Shown here: positions 34,676 through 43,849 of the stretch, one piece after another
How positions within the stretch are numbered: position 1 is the first letter of the stretch
Layout of the letters: every line of letters begins with the position of its first letter
Notes under the pieces: generated by a model
Seen by the model: only the letters and a program-made list of their open reading frames with translations
What the model was told of the DNA's origin: nothing
Databases searched by the model: none
From: an uncultured delta proteobacterium
GTDB taxonomy: Bacteria; Myxococcota_A; Polyangia; Polyangiales; Polyangiaceae
Direction of reading: 5' to 3'
NCBI GenBank assembly: GCA_963763745.1
Contig: CAVXQJ010000001.1
Span: 130,431 to 194,430, forward strand
Length of the DNA: 64,000 nt
Made by a program: the position numbers and the translations under genes

Positions 34676-35412
34676 CGCTTGCGAAGGTCGATCGTCACCA
34701 TCCCGCGCACCACCTCGCTCGACGCGACGTCGAACCCCGCGTCGCGCGCGCGCTTCTCGAGCCAGTCGGGCGCGATGCGCAGCTTTCTGTAGCTCGACAC
34801 GCGCATGTCCCATCCGGCGTCGCGCCGCTGGTGAATCACGTCGTACACGCGAACGTGATCGCCGTCGTACTCGAGGAAGCACGAGAACACGGTGTGCTCG
34901 TCGGCGCGCACGGGGATGAAGCGCTCCTCGGCGCGGAGCTCGCGCGTGAAATCGCGCAGCGCGATGACGAAGCGTCCGCCGGGCACGAGCACGCGATTCA
35001 CTTCACGCAGCAAGCGTTGAACGTCGCCGAAGCTCGCGAGGTGCGTGAGCGTGTCGCCCATGCACACGCACGCGTCGAACGACTGCGGCTTCATCTCCGT
35101 GATGCATTGGAGGATGTCGCTGCGAACGATTTCGATCTGCAGGTCCCCGGCGTTTTGCACGAGCTCGCCGAGCAGCTTCTGGCTCAAGTCGACCGCGGTG
35201 ACCGCGAATCCGAGCTCCGCGAGCGGGATCGACTGAAAGCCGGAGCCCGCACCGATGTCGAGCGCGCGCGCGTTTTCTTTTCCGCCCTCTTTTCCGCGCA
35301 GCCCGATCGACTCGAAGAACGCGCGGTTCTCTCTCGCGCGCTCGGGCAGCCCGCCGAAGAGCCACGAGTAGTGCTCTGCGAGATGGAGGTCGTAGTGCTC
35401 GGCGATGTTCAT
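34672..35412 (-). CDS. class I SAM-dependent methyltransferase
   Basis: LDIGAGSGFQSIPLAELGFAVTAVDLS is motif I, and there is a motif post I/II. The start overlaps the upstream stop by 4 bp. Confidence 0.75.
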   Translation of the reverse strand: MNIAEHYDLHLAEHYSWLFGGLPERARENRAFFESIGLRGKEGGKENARALDIGAGSGFQSIPLAELGFAVTAVDLSQKLLGELVQNAGDLQIEIVRSDILQCITEMKPQSFDACVCMGDTLTHLASFGDVQRLLREVNRVLVPGGRFVIALRDFTRELRAEERFIPVRADEHTVFSCFLEYDGDHVRVYDVIHQRRDAGWDMRVSSYRKLRIAPDWLEKRARDAGFDVASSEVVRGMVTIDLRKR

Positions 35413-36503
35413 TTGAGCGTGAGCGGTGGCTTCGCGCGCGCCCACACGGTCATCTCCGCGGGGTACACGCAGCTCGTGAGCGCGGAGTCTTTGCAGCCGG
35501 CCTCGCCGCGAATCGCGTTGCAGCTCGACGCGACCGAGGACACCGCTTGCGCTTCCGTCATGCCCCACATGCGCGCGCACGCGATGTTGACGAACGTTTG
35601 ATCGTCGTCGACGTGTTTCTCCTCGTCGCGCGCGACGCTGAAGCCGGGCTTCTCGCAGTGTTGCTTTGCGAACGCGATGGAGCGCTCGTCCGTCATCGAG
35701 AAGGTTCCATTCGGAAGCGAGTGAACGAGCATCGGCGGGCCGACGACTTGCGCGGGCGCGCCGTTGCAACGTGCGCCGATGCGCGCGCGGTACGGACCGT
35801 ACGAGACGAAGTCGGGGCGGCCGTCACGATCGACGTCTTCGACGCGGAAAATCGGGAGATCCTTCGCGGGCGCATAGAGCTGCGCGGACGCGTTCTTGAA
35901 CTCGACGATGTACGCCATCGGATCGCGCGGGCCGTCCTTGGTTTGATCGTGACCGATGACGATGAGCTCTTCCTCGCCGTCGCCGTCGAAGTCGAAATCC
36001 ATTTGCGTGTCGAACGCGACGCGATCCATCTCGTGGCTCTGGAACGCGCGATCCTTGGTGCGCACGGTTCCTTGGAGCACGACGCTCGTCTTCTGACCTT
36101 TCGCGTCCGCGTGGAACGCGACGAGCTGCGCCGTGACGCCGTGGAGCTCCTCTTTCAAATCGCGAAGACCGATGCCCCACGCGCCGCCCGATTTCGTCTT
36201 CGTGCACTTCGAGAACGCACCGAGCACGTCGTCGTTCATCGATTGAACGTGACCGAGCGGATCCTTCGATTCGGTGATCGCTTTGAGCTTCGCGTTTTGA
36301 TCTTTGCGCTCGTCGTCGAGCGCGCCGCATGCGACGTCTTTTTCCGGCGTGGGCGGTGTCACCGTTTGCGCCGTCGTTGCGGATGCCGTCGGCGCGCTTG
36401 CCGTCGCGGTCGCCGTCGCCGATGGAACCGGCGGAGTGTTCACGGGCGTGCTCTCGCCACAAGCGACGAAGCCGACAAATCCGATGATTAGAGCGTGCTT
36501 CAT
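35409..36503 (-). CDS. lipoprotein with FG-GAP-like DxDGDG repeats
   Basis: Lipobox LIIGFVGFVACG; a T/A/P-rich linker; FDFDGDGEEELIVIG and DVDRDGRPDFVSYG repeats. Its start overlaps the methyltransferase stop (ATGA). Confidence 0.55.
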   Translation of the reverse strand: MKHALIIGFVGFVACGESTPVNTPPVPSATATATASAPTASATTAQTVTPPTPEKDVACGALDDERKDQNAKLKAITESKDPLGHVQSMNDDVLGAFSKCTKTKSGGAWGIGLRDLKEELHGVTAQLVAFHADAKGQKTSVVLQGTVRTKDRAFQSHEMDRVAFDTQMDFDFDGDGEEELIVIGHDQTKDGPRDPMAYIVEFKNASAQLYAPAKDLPIFRVEDVDRDGRPDFVSYGPYRARIGARCNGAPAQVVGPPMLVHSLPNGTFSMTDERSIAFAKQHCEKPGFSVARDEEKHVDDDQTFVNIACARMWGMTEAQAVSSVASSCNAIRGEAGCKDSALTSCVYPAEMTVWARAKPPLTLK

Positions 36504-36539
36504 GGCGGAACGTTTTCTCACGTGCTAGATGGGCGCGCG

Positions 36540-37472
36540 ATGAAAAAGGGGATTCTTGCGCTTTTTCTGACCGTCACGCCGGTCACGCTCGCGTTCGCGT
36601 GCGGGGACAATGGCAACGGAACCGAAACGGACAGCGGCGCTCTCGACGTGACGCAGAAACAGGACGTGATGACGCAGCCCGTCGACGCGGCGAAAGACGC
36701 GCTCGATGCGGCGCCGACCGACGCTCCCGGTTTCCCCTGGCCCGACTGCACGTCGCAACCGTCGACCGTCCCGACGAAGACCATCGTCGATTTGTGGAAC
36801 GACGATCCGACGACGCCCGAGCAAGTCTGGTTGAACGGCGTGTACGTCACGGCGATCTCCGCCGGTGGATGCGCGGCGGGCAAAGCGTGCGAGTTCATCG
36901 TCCAGCAAGATCTCACGTACTCGTCGCTCGCCGTTGGCGCGCACCACGCGATTCGCGAGTGGGTCACGTCGACCACCGCGAAGTATTTCACGTCGCTGCA
37001 AGTGGGCGACCAAGTGAACATGATGGCGTGGGCCCTCCGCGAGAACGAAGGCGGACAGAACGAGCTGATCACGCACGTCGACACGATCGAGCCGGGCTGC
37101 GCGCTCAAGATCGGAACGGGAACGCCAGCGCCGATCACCGGCGTCACGCTCCAAGACATCGGATCGATCGCCGCATACGAGACGACGTACGGTCCGCTCT
37201 TGATCGAAATCGCGAACGTCACGGGGACGCCGAAGCAACCGGATCAAACCTTCGGTCTCGGCGATACGTTCTACGACGGCGGCGCGAGCGACGCGCAGAT
37301 CGTGAGCCTCAGCCCGTATTACATGGCGGGCAGCGTGTTCGTCGGATTCGACGCGGGCGTGAAGACGAAGTTCGCGTCGGTATCGGGCGTGTACAACGAG
37401 TACTTCAACCCCGACGCATCCGCGGTGAAGTACTTGGAGATCGGCACGCGCACGATGGGCGACGTGCAGTAG
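36540..37472 (+). CDS. hypothetical lipoprotein
   Basis: MKKGILALFLTVTPVTLAFACG lipobox; transcribed divergently from the MVP operon. Confidence 0.55.
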   Translation: MKKGILALFLTVTPVTLAFACGDNGNGTETDSGALDVTQKQDVMTQPVDAAKDALDAAPTDAPGFPWPDCTSQPSTVPTKTIVDLWNDDPTTPEQVWLNGVYVTAISAGGCAAGKACEFIVQQDLTYSSLAVGAHHAIREWVTSTTAKYFTSLQVGDQVNMMAWALRENEGGQNELITHVDTIEPGCALKIGTGTPAPITGVTLQDIGSIAAYETTYGPLLIEIANVTGTPKQPDQTFGLGDTFYDGGASDAQIVSLSPYYMAGSVFVGFDAGVKTKFASVSGVYNEYFNPDASAVKYLEIGTRTMGDVQ

Positions 37473-37506
37473 GCTGGTTACCTGCTCCGCGGCTTCGCCG
37501 CGATGG

Positions 37507-37917
37507 TCATTTGAGCGCTTCCGGAACGCGCGAGAGCGCGCCGTGGACTGCGCCGCGCATCGCGCTCTCGGGGACGTGACCGCTGCCGCCTTGTGCGCGC
37601 GCGCGACCTTCGAGCACCGCGAAGAGAACGCCGCCGTCGCGCGAGCGCAGCGTCGCCGAGATCACGCACGTCGTCTCCGCGTGCTCGGTCTCCATCTTCA
37701 CGAGCGACACGCTGAGGATGGCGTCTTTGTGCGCGCCGCGTAGATCGAGCTCGCGCATCTCCGATTGGAGCGCATCACGCAGCGCGCTCGTCATGTGCGT
37801 CGCGCCCGACGGGACGGCGACCTCGCCGAGCGAGAGGTGGCGGCTCTCGGCATCCGCGGCCTTCGCGGGAACCAGCACGCCCAAACCGAGAACCACTCCG
37901 AGAATCGCGAGGCGCAT
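37507..37917 (-). CDS. small secreted hypothetical protein
   Basis: Signal peptide MRLAILGVVLGLGVLVPAKA followed by a roughly 115-aa domain. Confidence 0.4.
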   Translation of the reverse strand: MRLAILGVVLGLGVLVPAKAADAESRHLSLGEVAVPSGATHMTSALRDALQSEMRELDLRGAHKDAILSVSLVKMETEHAETTCVISATLRSRDGGVLFAVLEGRARAQGGSGHVPESAMRGAVHGALSRVPEALK

Positions 37918-37967
37918 GAAATCCTCCTTCACGTCCGCTATCGGATGCGACGAGGTCGGGCCAACTT

Positions 37968-40388
37968 TTGGAGTACCATCCTCACGCGGTCATGCGCGGT
38001 CTCGCCTTCGCGCCCTTCCTCTTTCTTTGTGCGTTCTGCGAGTCGAACCAAGTTCCGCCCGCGCCGCAGACGTTCGATCTCGGCGACCACACCACCGCGA
38101 CGTTTTCGAACGGGTCGCTCTCCGTCACGCGCGACGGCGCGCCGCTTCTCTCGTCGCCGAACGGAACGCCGCTCATGACGCGCGCGCACGACACCGACTC
38201 GCCCGACGAGTGGCACGATCCCGCGAAGACGACGTACACGTTCGACACGATCGATCCGCGCACCATCTCGGTCGAGAGCCCATCGCCCGGCGTGCTCCAC
38301 GTGACGACGCCCGATGACGGCGCAGACACGGTGCTCTTGCGCGTCTCGCTCGCGAGCGACGACGGATTTTACACCGGGCTCGGCGAGCAGTTCGCGCACG
38401 TGAGCGCCCGCTCTGCGATCACGCCGATGCAGATGCTCGTCAACGCGCAGTTCGAGTCCGCGACGAACGACGCGCACGTTCCCGTTCCGCTGCTCGTCTC
38501 GTCGAAGGGCTACGGCGTGTTCTTCGAGAGCCACGAAGCGGGCGCGTTCGACGTCGCCGCGACGGATCCGAACGTGGTGACGGCGACGTTCGAAGGAAAA
38601 GTCTCGAGCGTGTGGTTCTTCTTCGCGCGCGACCCGCTCGAAGTGATTGCACAATACACGCAATACGTGGGCCTCCCGCGCGTCCTCCCGCGCTGGGCGC
38701 TCGGCCCGATGTACTGGCGCAACGAATTTTCCGGGACCGCACAAGTTCTCGACGACGCGGCGATGTTCCGCACGCTCCACATCCCGACCACGACGATGTG
38801 GATCGACAACCCGTGGCAGACCGCATGGAACACCTTCGTTCCCGATCCGGCGAAGTACGCCGATCCGTCGTCGCTCATCGGCGAGCTCGGCGCGCTCGGT
38901 TACCGGATGATGTTCTGGTCGGAGCCGTATCTCGAAAAACCGGGGACGGGTCCCGCGGACGAAGCGCAGGATCTCTACACGCAAGCCGCGAACACCGATG
39001 GCGTGCTCGTGCGACTGCACGATGGCGCCATCTTCGCGGCGCTCGGCTCCGACACGTCGAAGCAATTCGGCATGATCGATTTCACGACGAGCGCGGGGCG
39101 CGATTTTTGGGCGAACCTCGCGTCGCGCGCGGTGTCGCTCGGCGCGGCGGGTTTCAAGCTCGATTACGGCGAGGATGTCATCGCACAGATCTTCAACGCG
39201 CGCATCGGCATCATCTACGGAGACGGCGAGACGGATCGCACCGCGCGAAATTATCCGCGCCACTACCACGACGCGTATCACCAAGCGCTCGATGCGGTTC
39301 GCGACGACGGGATCTTGCTCGTGCGCGCGTCGAGCTACGGCGGCGCGCAAAACGCGGACATCATCTGGCCCGGCGATCTCGATCCGGATTTTGCGAAGCG
39401 CGGTGATCCCACGGGCACGGGCACGTTCTTCGTCGGTGGATTGCCGGCGGCGGTCGTTGCCGCGGAGACGCTCTCGGTGAGCGGGTTTCCGCAGTTCGGA
39501 TCCGACACGGGCGGCTTTCGTCACGGCGCGCCGACGAAGGAAGCGCTCCTTCGCTGGGCAGAGCACACCGCGCTCTCGATGGTGATGCAGCTCGGCGGCG
39601 GAGGGGACACTCACGCTCCGTGGACGTACGACGACGAAACGGTGACGCTCTATCGACAGCTCGCAGCGCTGCACACGGACCTCGAGCCGTATCTCTCGTC
39701 GCTCGCGCGCGACGCGGAGACGAAAGGCCTGCCGACGATTCGGCCCATTCCGCTCGCGTTTCCGACGGATGCAGCGTCGTTCGATTTCGCGGACGAGGAG
39801 TACATGCTCGGCGCGGATCTGCTCGTGCCGCTCGTGATCACGCAGGGCGCGACGAATCACACCGTGCATTTTCCGCCAGGCGCGTGGGCGAATTTCGCGA
39901 CGGGCGAAGTGACGAAAGGCCCGATCGAAGAGACCGTCGACGCACCGCTCGGCGCGCCCATTTTCTACGCGCGCGTCGGCGCGATCGTTCCCATGCTCGC
40001 GTCCGACGTGGACTCGCTCGTCGACGCGACGGTGCCGACCGTCGTCAGCGCGTCGCAGCGTCCGACGTTCGAAGCGCGTGGATGGCCGAGCGGAAAAGCG
40101 AGCGCGCAATTCGACGACGGATCGCAAATCGCGATCGACGACACGGCGCAAGGCGTCGGCGTGACGTTCACGCCGGGCTCGTTCGGCACGGCGATCGTGT
40201 GCACGCTCGACGTGCGATCGCGCACGGGAAAAACTTCTCCGCTCACGCACGTCGTCATCGGTCAGGCCGAGGTCGCGGCGGCCGCGAGCGAAGCGGACGT
40301 TCGCGCGGCCACGGGGAGCGCGTTTTTTCTTTCGGGTGATTCGATCGTCCTTCGTTTGGCGGGCGGCGCGACCGCGTGGATCGAGTGA
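37968..40388 (+). CDS. glycoside hydrolase family 31 (alpha-glucosidase/alpha-xylosidase-like)
   Basis: GFKLDYGED nucleophile block (compare YicI KTDFGE) and the WPGDLDPDF...GLPAAV...SGFPQFGSDTGGF block typical of GH31. Confidence 0.75.
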   Translation: MEYHPHAVMRGLAFAPFLFLCAFCESNQVPPAPQTFDLGDHTTATFSNGSLSVTRDGAPLLSSPNGTPLMTRAHDTDSPDEWHDPAKTTYTFDTIDPRTISVESPSPGVLHVTTPDDGADTVLLRVSLASDDGFYTGLGEQFAHVSARSAITPMQMLVNAQFESATNDAHVPVPLLVSSKGYGVFFESHEAGAFDVAATDPNVVTATFEGKVSSVWFFFARDPLEVIAQYTQYVGLPRVLPRWALGPMYWRNEFSGTAQVLDDAAMFRTLHIPTTTMWIDNPWQTAWNTFVPDPAKYADPSSLIGELGALGYRMMFWSEPYLEKPGTGPADEAQDLYTQAANTDGVLVRLHDGAIFAALGSDTSKQFGMIDFTTSAGRDFWANLASRAVSLGAAGFKLDYGEDVIAQIFNARIGIIYGDGETDRTARNYPRHYHDAYHQALDAVRDDGILLVRASSYGGAQNADIIWPGDLDPDFAKRGDPTGTGTFFVGGLPAAVVAAETLSVSGFPQFGSDTGGFRHGAPTKEALLRWAEHTALSMVMQLGGGGDTHAPWTYDDETVTLYRQLAALHTDLEPYLSSLARDAETKGLPTIRPIPLAFPTDAASFDFADEEYMLGADLLVPLVITQGATNHTVHFPPGAWANFATGEVTKGPIEETVDAPLGAPIFYARVGAIVPMLASDVDSLVDATVPTVVSASQRPTFEARGWPSGKASAQFDDGSQIAIDDTAQGVGVTFTPGSFGTAIVCTLDVRSRTGKTSPLTHVVIGQAEVAAAASEADVRAATGSAFFLSGDSIVLRLAGGATAWIE

Positions 40389-40389
40389 C

Positions 40390-41664
40390 GTGGCGCACGC
40401 GAGCTTGACCGGAACGCTGCTGGGAGGGCGATATCGCGTCGGCGAGATGCTCGGCGAGGGCGGCATGGGCACCGTGTACGCCGCAGTGCAAGAAGGTCTC
40501 GACCGGCGCGTCGCGCTCAAGGTGATGCACCCGCACCTCGCGCACGACACGGAGCTCCGCGGGCGCTTTCAGCGAGAGGCGCACGTCGTCGCGATGCTCG
40601 GTCATCCGAACGTCGTTCAGATCAGCGATTTTCAAACCAACGAAGACGAGCCGCCGTTCTTGGTGATGGAGCTCTTGCACGGCGAGAACTTGCGCGACGT
40701 GCTCAAGCGAACGCCGCGCATCGCGCCGTCGCGCGTCGCGTACATCGCGGTGCAGGTGCTCTCCGCGCTCGAGGCCGCGCACCGCGCGAACGTCGTCCAT
40801 CGCGACATCAAACCCGACAACATTTTTCTCGAGCGAACGAGCGTGCAGGCGGACATCGTGAAGGTGCTCGATTTCGGCGTCGCGAAGCTTCTCGGCGAAA
40901 GCGATCACATGCCGAAGCTGACGCGCTCGGGTCTCGTCGTCGGCACGCTCTCGTACATGGCGCCGGAGCAAGCGACGGGCGATCCGATCGATGGCCGCGC
41001 GGATCTCTATTCGCTCGCCGCGGTGATGTACGTCGCGCTCGTCGGGAAGAAACCGTTCGAAGGCACCGCGACCGGCGAGCTCGTGCAAGCGATCATGACG
41101 GCCGTTCCAAAGCCCGTCGTGGAGGTGCGGCGCGAGATCGACGCGGAGCTTTCGCGCATCGTCGATCGCGCGCTCGCGAAGCGCCCCGCGGATCGATTCG
41201 CGGATGCAGCGGAGATGGCGCGCGCGCTCAAACCGTTCGCGAAGCCGACTCCGCTGGACGAGCCGCTCTCCACGCAGCCCGCCGTGACCGTGCCGACGCC
41301 CGACACGGCGATCGAACCGCACGCGCTCCCTCCCGAGACCGCGCCGCTTCCGAAGACGATCCCGATGGAGGCCGTCCCGGACAGCATCGCGCCGCGCACG
41401 ACGCCGATCCCGTCGCCCGAAACGATACGCTCCTCGTATCACCCTTCAGTCGCAGCAAGCGTCGCCACGACGGCGCCGCTGAAGCCGCTCCCCGCCGAGC
41501 TTCTCCAAAAGAAGATCACGCCTCGCAAACGATCGATCGCGCCGCTCGCGATTTCGATCGCGGTCGCGTCGCTCATCTTGCTCGTGGCCGGCGGAACGCT
41601 GCTCGCCGTTTTTCGTCCGTGGGAGCCCTCGCGCGCTCCCGCATCCGCAACTTCGAAACACTGA
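40390..41664 (+). CDS. Ser/Thr protein kinase with a C-terminal TM anchor
   Basis: GEGGMGTVY, ALKVM, HRDIKPDNIFL, DFGVAK, SYMAPE; the C-terminal IAPLAISIAVASLILLVAGG helix. GTG start at 40390, or alternatively ATG 40336 overlapping the GH31 end. Confidence 0.85.
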   Translation: MAHASLTGTLLGGRYRVGEMLGEGGMGTVYAAVQEGLDRRVALKVMHPHLAHDTELRGRFQREAHVVAMLGHPNVVQISDFQTNEDEPPFLVMELLHGENLRDVLKRTPRIAPSRVAYIAVQVLSALEAAHRANVVHRDIKPDNIFLERTSVQADIVKVLDFGVAKLLGESDHMPKLTRSGLVVGTLSYMAPEQATGDPIDGRADLYSLAAVMYVALVGKKPFEGTATGELVQAIMTAVPKPVVEVRREIDAELSRIVDRALAKRPADRFADAAEMARALKPFAKPTPLDEPLSTQPAVTVPTPDTAIEPHALPPETAPLPKTIPMEAVPDSIAPRTTPIPSPETIRSSYHPSVAASVATTAPLKPLPAELLQKKITPRKRSIAPLAISIAVASLILLVAGGTLLAVFRPWEPSRAPASATSKH

Positions 41665-41675
41665 CGGAGGACCAC

Positions 41676-41957
41676 ATGGGAATTCTCGGAACGCGTTGGG
41701 AAGGCAACCACGAGGGACACGCGATCGTCGTCACGCGCAACGAGCTCACGAAGGGCTTTCACATCGTGTGGGACGGAAAAGAGATCGCGCACAAGACCTG
41801 GTCGCTCATCGGCCTCGGCGAGCTCCACGCGAGCGCGATGCACGACGACAAAGTGCACGACGTGAAGCTCGCGCTCGAGTGGAGCATCGGCACGGACAGC
41901 AACGGGTGCAAAGTCACGGTCGACGGAAAACCCGTCGAGATGACGCACGTCAGTTAG
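41676..41957 (+). CDS. small hypothetical protein
   Basis: 93-aa ORF MGILGTRWEGNHEGHAIVVTRNELTKGFHIVWDGKEIAHK..., non-repetitive. Confidence 0.4.
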   Translation: MGILGTRWEGNHEGHAIVVTRNELTKGFHIVWDGKEIAHKTWSLIGLGELHASAMHDDKVHDVKLALEWSIGTDSNGCKVTVDGKPVEMTHVS

Positions 41958-42550
41958 CTGACGGCGGTGAGCAAGAGTCCACGCGTCCACATGTCGAGGA
42001 GCGCGTGGCGCGGGATCTCGCGGTTCTCGAGCCACTCGAGCGCGGTCGTCTCGACGAAGCCGACCCATCCGCGGACGGCGAGCTTCATCGCGGGCGTGAG
42101 CGCGCTCTTCAACTCGGGCGCGGAGAAAAATCGATCGACGAACGCGGCGCGCGTCTTCTCGACGATCGCGCCGACTTGTTTGTCGACGCCCATCCCGCCG
42201 CGCATGAGCGTCGTGTACGCGCGCGCGTGCTTCTCGACGAACCCGAGATAACCCTCGAGCCCTTTTCGCAATCGCTCTTCGGGCGGGTCGGATTCGTTCG
42301 GCTCGGTTTGCGCGAGGAGCTGGCGCGCGGCTTCGCGGAGCGCGGCGACGTAGAAGTGCCGCTTCGTCGGGAAGTAGTGATAGACGAGGCCCTTCGAGAT
42401 CCCCGCGGCGCGCGCGAGATCCTCCATCGACACGTCGTCGTACGCGCGCGACGAGAAAACGTTCAAGCCGAGCGCGAGCAGCTGCGCGCGCCGCGCGTCG
42501 TTCTCCATGCGCGTGCGTTTCGCGGCTGTCACGTCGCCAATGTAGCACAA
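41954..42550 (-). CDS. TetR/AcrR family transcriptional regulator
   Basis: N-terminal HTH YDDVSMEDLARAAGISKGLVYHYFPTKRHFY. Confidence 0.8.
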   Translation of the reverse strand: MCYIGDVTAAKRTRMENDARRAQLLALGLNVFSSRAYDDVSMEDLARAAGISKGLVYHYFPTKRHFYVAALREAARQLLAQTEPNESDPPEERLRKGLEGYLGFVEKHARAYTTLMRGGMGVDKQVGAIVEKTRAAFVDRFFSAPELKSALTPAMKLAVRGWVGFVETTALEWLENREIPRHALLDMWTRGLLLTAVS

Positions 42551-42552
42551 GC

Positions 42553-42595
42553 ACGCTTATTGACTTTCGTTCAACAGCGCCTCATCGTTGGTTTC
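42553..42595. promoter_or_regulatory. divergent promoter region with a candidate TetR operator (TTGAc-N5-gTCAA)
   Basis: The partial palindrome ttgactttcgttcaa lies between the divergent TetR and hydrolase starts. Confidence 0.25.
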
Positions 42596-43423
42596 ATGCA
42601 GACGCAGCCGCTCGTTTCGCATGTTCCACGCGTACGCGATCCGGGGATCGATTTGCACGGCGTGCCGCGCCATTGGTTCGGCGAGAACGTCGTCGCGACG
42701 CACATCGCGAACGGCGTGAACCTTTTGTTTCCGGCGGGCGAGCGCTTCTTCGTGCGCGCGGTGAAGCACTACCTCGAAGACCTCGACGACGAGACGCTCC
42801 GCGCACGCGTGAAAGGTTTCTTCGGACAAGAAGGTCGTCACGCGAAGGAGCACGACGATTACAACCGCATCCTCGAGGCGCACGGCTTCCGCGTCGATCG
42901 ATTCCTCGATTGGTACGAGCGCGTCGCGTACGCGAACATCGAGCGCGTCTCGCCGCCCGCGCTTCGTCTCGCGGCAACCGCGGCGTGCGAGCACTTCACC
43001 GCGATCCTCGCGGAGAACGCGCTCGAGATGCGCTTCCTCGACGTCGCCGATCCTCGCATGCGCGCGCTTCTCCTGTGGCACGCGTGCGAAGAGATCGAGC
43101 ATCGCGACGTCGCATTCGACGTGCTCGTCGCGGTGAACCCGAGCTACGCGCTGCGCGTCGCGGGGCTCGCGGTGGCGACGGCGTGCCTCGCGGGATTTTG
43201 GACGGCGGGCACGCTGCACCTCCTCGAGCAAGAGCGCAAAGAGATCGGCGTCCGCGAAATCGCGCGGCAGTTCCTCGCGCTCCGCAAACATCAGCGGACG
43301 TTCAAGAAGCGCAAGCCGGTCTTCGCGAACGGCATTCGCCAATACTTGAGGCGCGATTTTCACCCGTCGAAGAATCCCATCGATCACCTCGCGACCGAGT
43401 ACCTCGCCTCCGCTGGGCTCTGA
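42596..43423 (+). CDS. predicted metal-dependent hydrolase (PF10118-like)
   Basis: FFGQEGRHAKEHDDYN and LWHACEEIEHRDVAFDV motifs. Confidence 0.6.
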   Translation: MQTQPLVSHVPRVRDPGIDLHGVPRHWFGENVVATHIANGVNLLFPAGERFFVRAVKHYLEDLDDETLRARVKGFFGQEGRHAKEHDDYNRILEAHGFRVDRFLDWYERVAYANIERVSPPALRLAATAACEHFTAILAENALEMRFLDVADPRMRALLLWHACEEIEHRDVAFDVLVAVNPSYALRVAGLAVATACLAGFWTAGTLHLLEQERKEIGVREIARQFLALRKHQRTFKKRKPVFANGIRQYLRRDFHPSKNPIDHLATEYLASAGL

Positions 43424-43438
43424 CACTATCTTTGGGAT

Positions 43439-43837
43439 GTGAGCGCGATCCTCCTCTTCGACGGCGTCTGCAACCTGTGCAGCTCGTCGGTTCAGTTCGT
43501 CATCGCGCACGACAAGGCCAACCATTTTCGATTCGCGTCGCAGCAATCGGACGCCGGCAAAGACTTGATGCGCGCGCACCGCCTGCCGATTCCGGAGGGC
43601 GATCCCGCGAGCATGATCTTGGTCGACGGCGATCGCGTCTACGAGCGCTCGGCCGCGGCGATCGAAATCGGGCGCGGGCTCGGCTTTCCGTGGTCGCTTG
43701 CGATCGTGTGGTACGTCGTCCCGCGGTTCATCCGCGACGCCGTGTACATGTTCATCGCGCGCCATCGCTATCGCTGGTTTGGAAAGAAAGACGTCTGCAT
43801 GGTTCCGACGCCGGAGCTGCGCGCGCGCTTTCTATGA
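43439..43837 (+). CDS. DCC1-like thiol-disulfide oxidoreductase family protein (DUF393)
   Basis: LLFDGVCNLCSSSVQFV is the N-terminal CxxC signature of this family. Confidence 0.75.
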   Translation: MSAILLFDGVCNLCSSSVQFVIAHDKANHFRFASQQSDAGKDLMRAHRLPIPEGDPASMILVDGDRVYERSAAAIEIGRGLGFPWSLAIVWYVVPRFIRDAVYMFIARHRYRWFGKKDVCMVPTPELRARFL

Positions 43838-43849
43838 TGTAGAAGGCGC

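Noticed and set aside
33419-34792. The plus-strand ORFs 33419..34792 and 34663..35601, overlapping the SUKH and methyltransferase genes, as alternative gene calls.
   Set aside because: They are antisense to ORFs with recognisable domains (the SUKH pattern, SAM motif I). Their own translations are Arg/Ala-rich without motifs, and the minus-strand calls form a coherent overlapping operon.
42553-42595. A strong palindromic TetR operator in the TetR/hydrolase divergent region.
   Set aside because: Only a partial palindrome (TTGA-N7-TCAA) is present. It is kept as a low-confidence regulatory feature and not reported as a finding.
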